Assembly: GCA_043228905.1 (NCBI GenBank)
Contig: JBHGNT010000008.1
Coordinates: 8,432,001 to 8,496,000 of the forward strand
Direction of reading: 5' to 3'
Source: Azolla caroliniana
Taxonomy: Eukaryota; Plantae; Polypodiophyta
Length of the DNA: 64,000 nucleotides
A model generated the notes under the pieces. The model was given only the letters and a program-made list of their open reading frames with translations. It had not been told where the DNA came from and did not search any database. Shown piece after piece: positions 58,595 to 64,000 of this stretch (position 1 is the first letter of the stretch; each line of letters begins with the position of its first letter). Position numbers and translations under genes: made by a program.

Positions 58595-61507
58595 CTAGGT
58601 CGTCTGGACCGGCCAAAATGCATGATGTTTTTTGTTTCCACGTTTGTGCATTTCGGTCTATCTTTCTCATAGATGTACGATTCGATCTCAACAAACTGAT
58701 ATCAGATTTCGAGCTGCAAGAATGGGAAGATGTGTAAGCGGCTTTCCAGTAGGATAGTCCTGAACTCACACAATTATTCTAATTGGAAGATCAAAATGGA
58801 AGATCTCATGATAGTCAAAGACTTGTATGAACCCATAGATAGCAGTGAAATACCCATGGGGGTATTGGAGTCTGAATGGAAATTCCTAAACAGGAAGGTG
58901 GTGGCCACCAACAGACAATGTGTAGACGTGAGTGTCTTTCAACATGTGACCAACGACACAAATGCCTATGAAATGTGGCACAAATTGTCAGGGTTGTACG
59001 AGAGGAAAAATGCACTCAACAAAACTTCTCTGATGAGAAAGGTTGTGCGACTGAAGTACAAAGATGGAGAAAGCATTGTGGTACACATTAACACCTTCAT
59101 GGGGTTGGTGAATGAACTTGCGTCAACGAAGTTTCCTTTAGATGATGCTATGCAAGCTTTCTACTGCTCTATACCTTGCCATACATCTGGGAGAACCTAG
59201 TGGTGTCCCGTAGTATCTCGTGCCAAGAAGAAAACTTGTCCTTGCAAGTGGTAAAGACAAGTATCCTAAACGAGGAGACAAGAAGGAAGGACAAGGGTGT
59301 CTTGTCCCAGTTGGGGGCAAATATGGCTCAAAATCCCGGTAGAGGAAGAAGCAAGCAAAGAAATCCACAAAAGAGAGACAAGTCTCATGCGAGGTCCAAG
59401 TCCAGAGAAAAGCTCACATGCTTTTAGTGTGAAAAACCTAGACACTTCTAGATGGACTGTCGACATGGTAAAAAGGAAACAGGTGCCTCGAATGATGTCG
59501 AACCCAGAAGGATTTCTGAGGAGAAGGACACTTCAGCCATGGATACAAGTGAAGAAGAGTTTTTGTTCATTTGCGAGCAAGTGAGTGTAAACCTTGCAAA
59601 TGAAGAGTGCACTTGGGTGATAAACTTCGGTGCATCGTTCCATATAACTCCCTCGAGAGAGGGTTTCTCGTCTTACACAACTGATGACTATGGCTATGTA
59701 AAGATGGGAGACAATGGAGAATGCAAGATAGCCGACATTGGAAGTGTATGCCTGATATCGTCGACCGGTTGTTGGCTTACCCTGAGGGATGTTTGACATG
59801 TGCCAGATATTAGGTTGAATTTGATATCGATTGGAAGAATGGACGATGAAGGCTACCATGGTAGTTTTCGAAATGGCAAATGGAAGTTTTGTCGATGAAA
59901 TCTCATAGTGGCCCGAGCACAGAAACATGGCACTTTGTATGTGATGCAAGCCAAGTTGTGCAAGGATGAAGCAAACGTGGTAGCCGACTCGAATGGAGAG
60001 ATATGACAGACGAGGCTTGGCCACATGAGCAAGAGAGGCATGCACATCCTAGCCGACCAGAAACTTCTACCAGAAGTAAAAGGAGTGCACTTGGAGAGAT
60101 GTGTGGACTGCCTGGTCGGAAGGCAAAATAGAGCTATGTTCTACTAGAGACCACCAAGGAGAAGAGAAGCTGCACTGGGACTGGTACACACAGATGTGTG
60201 CTACGTGGATGCACTAGGAAAGCAAAATAGAGTTGTGTTCCACTCGAGACCACCAAGGAGAAGTGAAGTTGCACTGGGGCTGGTACACATATATAGTACT
60301 TCGTAACGTTCATTGACGATTATAGTCGAAAGTTGTAGGCTTTCATAATAAAGTCGAATGATCAAGTACTGTAGTTCTTTAAAGAGTTCTAGGCCAGAGA
60401 TGAAAGAGAGTCAGGTCGAAACCTGAAGGCTATCCAAAGGTATTAGACTCAAATATACAGTGCCTAAGACCCCTAAGTTGAATGGAGTTGTGGAGAGGAT
60501 GAATCGAACTATCATGGAAAGAGTGAGGAGCATGTTGTTGCATGCAAAACTACCGAAATTGTATTGGGCTGTGGCAATGTACACGATTGTTTATCTAATC
60601 AACAGATCTCCCTCAGTGCCCCTAAAAGGTGATGTGCCACAGAGGGTGTGGACAGATAAAGATGTCACCTATCAACACTTGAAGGTGTTCGGATGTCTGG
60701 CATACATGCATGTAGCAAACGATTAGAGGTCGAAGCTCGATAGCAAGTCGAAACCATGCATATTCTTGGGGTACTCAAAGGATGAATTCGACTACAGGTT
60801 GTGGGACCTACTCACAAAGAAGGTGGTGAGGAGTCAAGACATCATGTTCTTGGAAGACAAGACAATCGAGGATTGGAAACAATAGAAGTCAGAACGAGCT
60901 TCCTTGTTAACTCTTGCTACTATCGAGTTAAGGCTACTCGACTGAAATTGACAACTAGTTGGAACAACTGAATCCGAGTTAGTAGACTCGGAGCAATCGA
61001 CTAATACATATGAGTCGGAGTCGAAAGACCTATAGAAGTCGATTGAAACATACGACTTGGAGTCGTTCGATTTTCAGCAACCAATCGACAAGTATGAACT
61101 CTAGCCAAATGAAGAGTTGGTTGTCACGTTTGAACCTGAGTTTACTTAGGCAAAGGAGAGCACCCTCATGATACACCAATCAATATGTTTTATTGACTGA
61201 TGATGATGAGCAAGAATGCTACGAGGAGACCATGGAAGACGAACGCAAGAACAAATGGCAGAGTGCAATGCAAGATGAGATGGACTCCTTGCATGAAAAT
61301 TACACCTCCTCCTTGGTGGAACTACCAAAAGGTAAGAGAGCCTTGAGAAACAAATGGGTCTTCAAGTTGAGAAATGGGGAAGATGGCAGCTCACCCAGAT
61401 ACAAGGCCTGAATCGTAGTAAAGGGGTTTCAATAGAAGAAAGGGTCGATTTTGATGAGATCTTCACACTAGTCGTAAAGATGACATCCATTCGAACAATG
61501 CTAGGTA
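58595..61507 (+). mobile_element. Copia D, degenerate Tnt1/Tork-like relative of B, interrupted at 61508
   Basis: LTR end ...ctcaaca followed by a degenerate PBS (tgatatcaga). Gag LNSHNYSNWKIKMEDL, NGVVERMNRT and KRALRNKWVFK. Many stops. Confidence 0.88.
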
Positions 61508-64000
61508 TGTTAGACCTAAGAGTAATACCGGAGGAGAAGTGTAGACGGGCAAGAGATGGATCAGATGAATATTATGTAAATATTAGTTAATAATTATTAG
61601 GGAAAGGACGGATCCAGATAGTTGTACTGATCCAGATCCGCACCAATTAGTGGTTGGTAGCCAGTAAGGCACCGTTTGTAATCTATACCTGATGCCTATG
61701 AAAGGATCCAGATTTATGTATAAACTTTACAAAAGTAATAGAAGTTAAGTGTTGTTGCTCTTAATCTTATTTGTTATCTTGTTTACTTGCCATCTATGCT
61801 ATAATTATAAATCATACGCGTGTAATTAAGATACAGATAAGGGTGTGATTCCGGAGGGCATTCGAAAAGTAGTTGGACCATGTTAAATGAATAAGATCCG
61901 AATTATCATCCATATCATCGACCACCCTTCGGAGACGTGTTCCGAAAGGACACCCTGTGTTTGTGGCTAGTCCGGCCCAGGATAAACACAGTTTTGGCGA
62001 CCACGATTCCTGCATAGAGGAGTGAACAACAGAGAATGGATGTCTAGACAGACGAACGACCCAATGACCGAGCGAGCGAGAAGATTAGCCGATCGACTGC
62101 AGAGGGGGGAAGCTTACCAGCAGGTGGCAGAAGAGATTCGATAGGATCGATCTTTTCCTAGAGTGCGGGTCGTGGAGGAAATGGTCCTGAATTCAAAATC
62201 AACGACACTCAAATGAAGGAAGCTACCTTACTAGTCTACTTGACGTCAAATCGATATTGCAAAATTTAGCAACAAGCACCGAAAATTCAGAGGCCTTTTC
62301 GGCATTCGAGTCAGGATTAGACAACGAACAGAGCGTCGACTCAAATTATTGATCCAGTTATGACATTCGGGACAAGCTGGAGGAGGACGGTTCCGAACAG
62401 ACACTTACACCGAAGTCGGACATAACGATACCGACACCATCAGTATAGGAAGAGAATCTGGTCCGACCGGACGAAGTAATCCCAGAACAACAACTGGAGG
62501 AGGAAGACGATTGCGTGCTTACACCACCGACACACAAACCCTTACTAGGACCAGAACGGGTCGAAGAAGAGGATAACATGCCGTACCCAAATCCCAAGTA
62601 CCGGGATGAACTAGACGTGGAAGCACATGTCTATGCCTTTTTACAGACATGGGAGGCCAACCATGTCTCCAATGATAACATAATTTGGGCTATCATTGGA
62701 AGGACCAGCGGTGCGATGGCATTCGAAACATCTTTCGGGAAGCTTCACTACATTTTAGGCTTTGTGGGAAACATTCCTCCGACTGTTTCATCGACATGTG
62801 GCGCTGAGAGAGCTCGTTAGACAATTCTATATGACATGCCAAGAAGGCAACGAAACTATACCACAATTCATAATCCGGTTCTAGACACTACACAACCAAC
62901 TGACAAGGGCACCCCTGGAGGATGAAGCTAAGACATTATTTTTGGCCGCACTCTGGGAGCCACTCCGAATTATGTTAGAAGTGCTGGATTTCTAGGCAAG
63001 CACCATTGACGAAGTCATTGACCGAGTTCTCGACATGGATCGGGCCCAAAACGGGAACTTAAGAATGTCCAACGAAGAGGACCTGCAATTCTGGCAAGTG
63101 ATTTAATGTACGACATATCTAAACCCCGTCTATTAAACTGTAGAATGTACCTTGTGGACACAATGCTTGTTGTGTCATTCAAAGACACACAACATGGACC
63201 GGTGTGATTACAACTTATTGAACCGGCAGGCTGTGTTAGTAACGAAAATCGAACCCCGAGAGCAACAGAGGCTGGATGATGACCAGTACTAGAGAGAGGA
63301 CCGATAAAGACCGGAGGGACGTTACTAGTATGAAAACCGAAGAAGAGAGGATTATTTCCGGGATCGATACGAAAGGGACTATTCTCCAGAGTATGATAGG
63401 AGACGTGGAGGAGACTGAGATATCCGAACCAACAGGGATACAATAATCACCGCCGTAATTCAAACCACTGATGGGGAAGTTTAATCGTAGGAATGAGCGT
63501 CGGGACACGGACCGAGAATACTGTCGGGGGCCGTATACGAATCAAGTTGTTCCACAGTTAGAGCAAGAAAGACTGGAGGAACCCAATCGGATGGTTCCAG
63601 TATCCCACCGACAAGTGAAGAAAAAGGTGAATCAAGTGGGGGCTGGAAAATATACTACTATTATTTTCGGCAAGAAGGGCACTACAATAGTCAATGCTCG
63701 GTGAACAACAAAGAGAAATAACCGACAATTAATATGGTAACCGCCGAGGTCATGGATGTCCAGCAGGTCACGACCCAATCGAAAGGAAAGGCTGCCGAAT
63801 GGGAAACGCAAGAAGCGATCCGTAAACAGGGCACATAATGGATACAACAAGCCAATTAACGAAATGTCCACGAAATGAAGGAACATGCCAAGTCGCTGAA
63901 AGAAACAATCAGAATCACCGACAACGACCCATCATGGTACGCACTACAGAAATGCCAAATCATGTTGCCACTAGGCCGACTATTGCAGTTGGTTCCCCGG
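61508..64000 (+). mobile_element. Gypsy E (5' LTR, Arg-like PBS, degenerate gag), running off the window
   Basis: LTR at 61508-~61990, PBS TGGCGACCAC at 61995. Inserted in Copia D RT. Same LTR family as the solo LTR at 34805. Confidence 0.8.

Overview
Eukaryotic plant DNA, most likely a non-seed land plant such as a fern (inferred from the GT-AG intron genes and the retrotransposon lineages). The first ~10 kb holds two tandem minus-strand genes. One is an RraA-like / 4-hydroxy-4-methyl-2-oxoglutarate (HMG) aldolase (1733-2236). The other is a 9-exon, 404-aa ALD1/DapL-family aminotransferase (4656-10087) that has no plastid transit peptide and a remodelled substrate pocket. From ~13.2 kb to the end the window is a nested LTR-retrotransposon island, resolved with target-site duplications (TSDs) to five levels: Copia A1 > Gypsy N1 > chromovirus G2 > Copia C > young Copia B. 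Best leads: (1) the aldolase and aminotransferase may form a two-gene pathway to 4-hydroxy-4-methylglutamate, with an 18-W-box array between them; (2) the Tcn1-like chromoviruses carry a covarying self-priming site instead of a tRNA primer-binding site (PBS), a conserved -1 frameshift signal and heat-shock-element arrays; (3) a ~690-bp fold-back LTR palindrome. All coordinates and alignments were read by eye; no searches were run.
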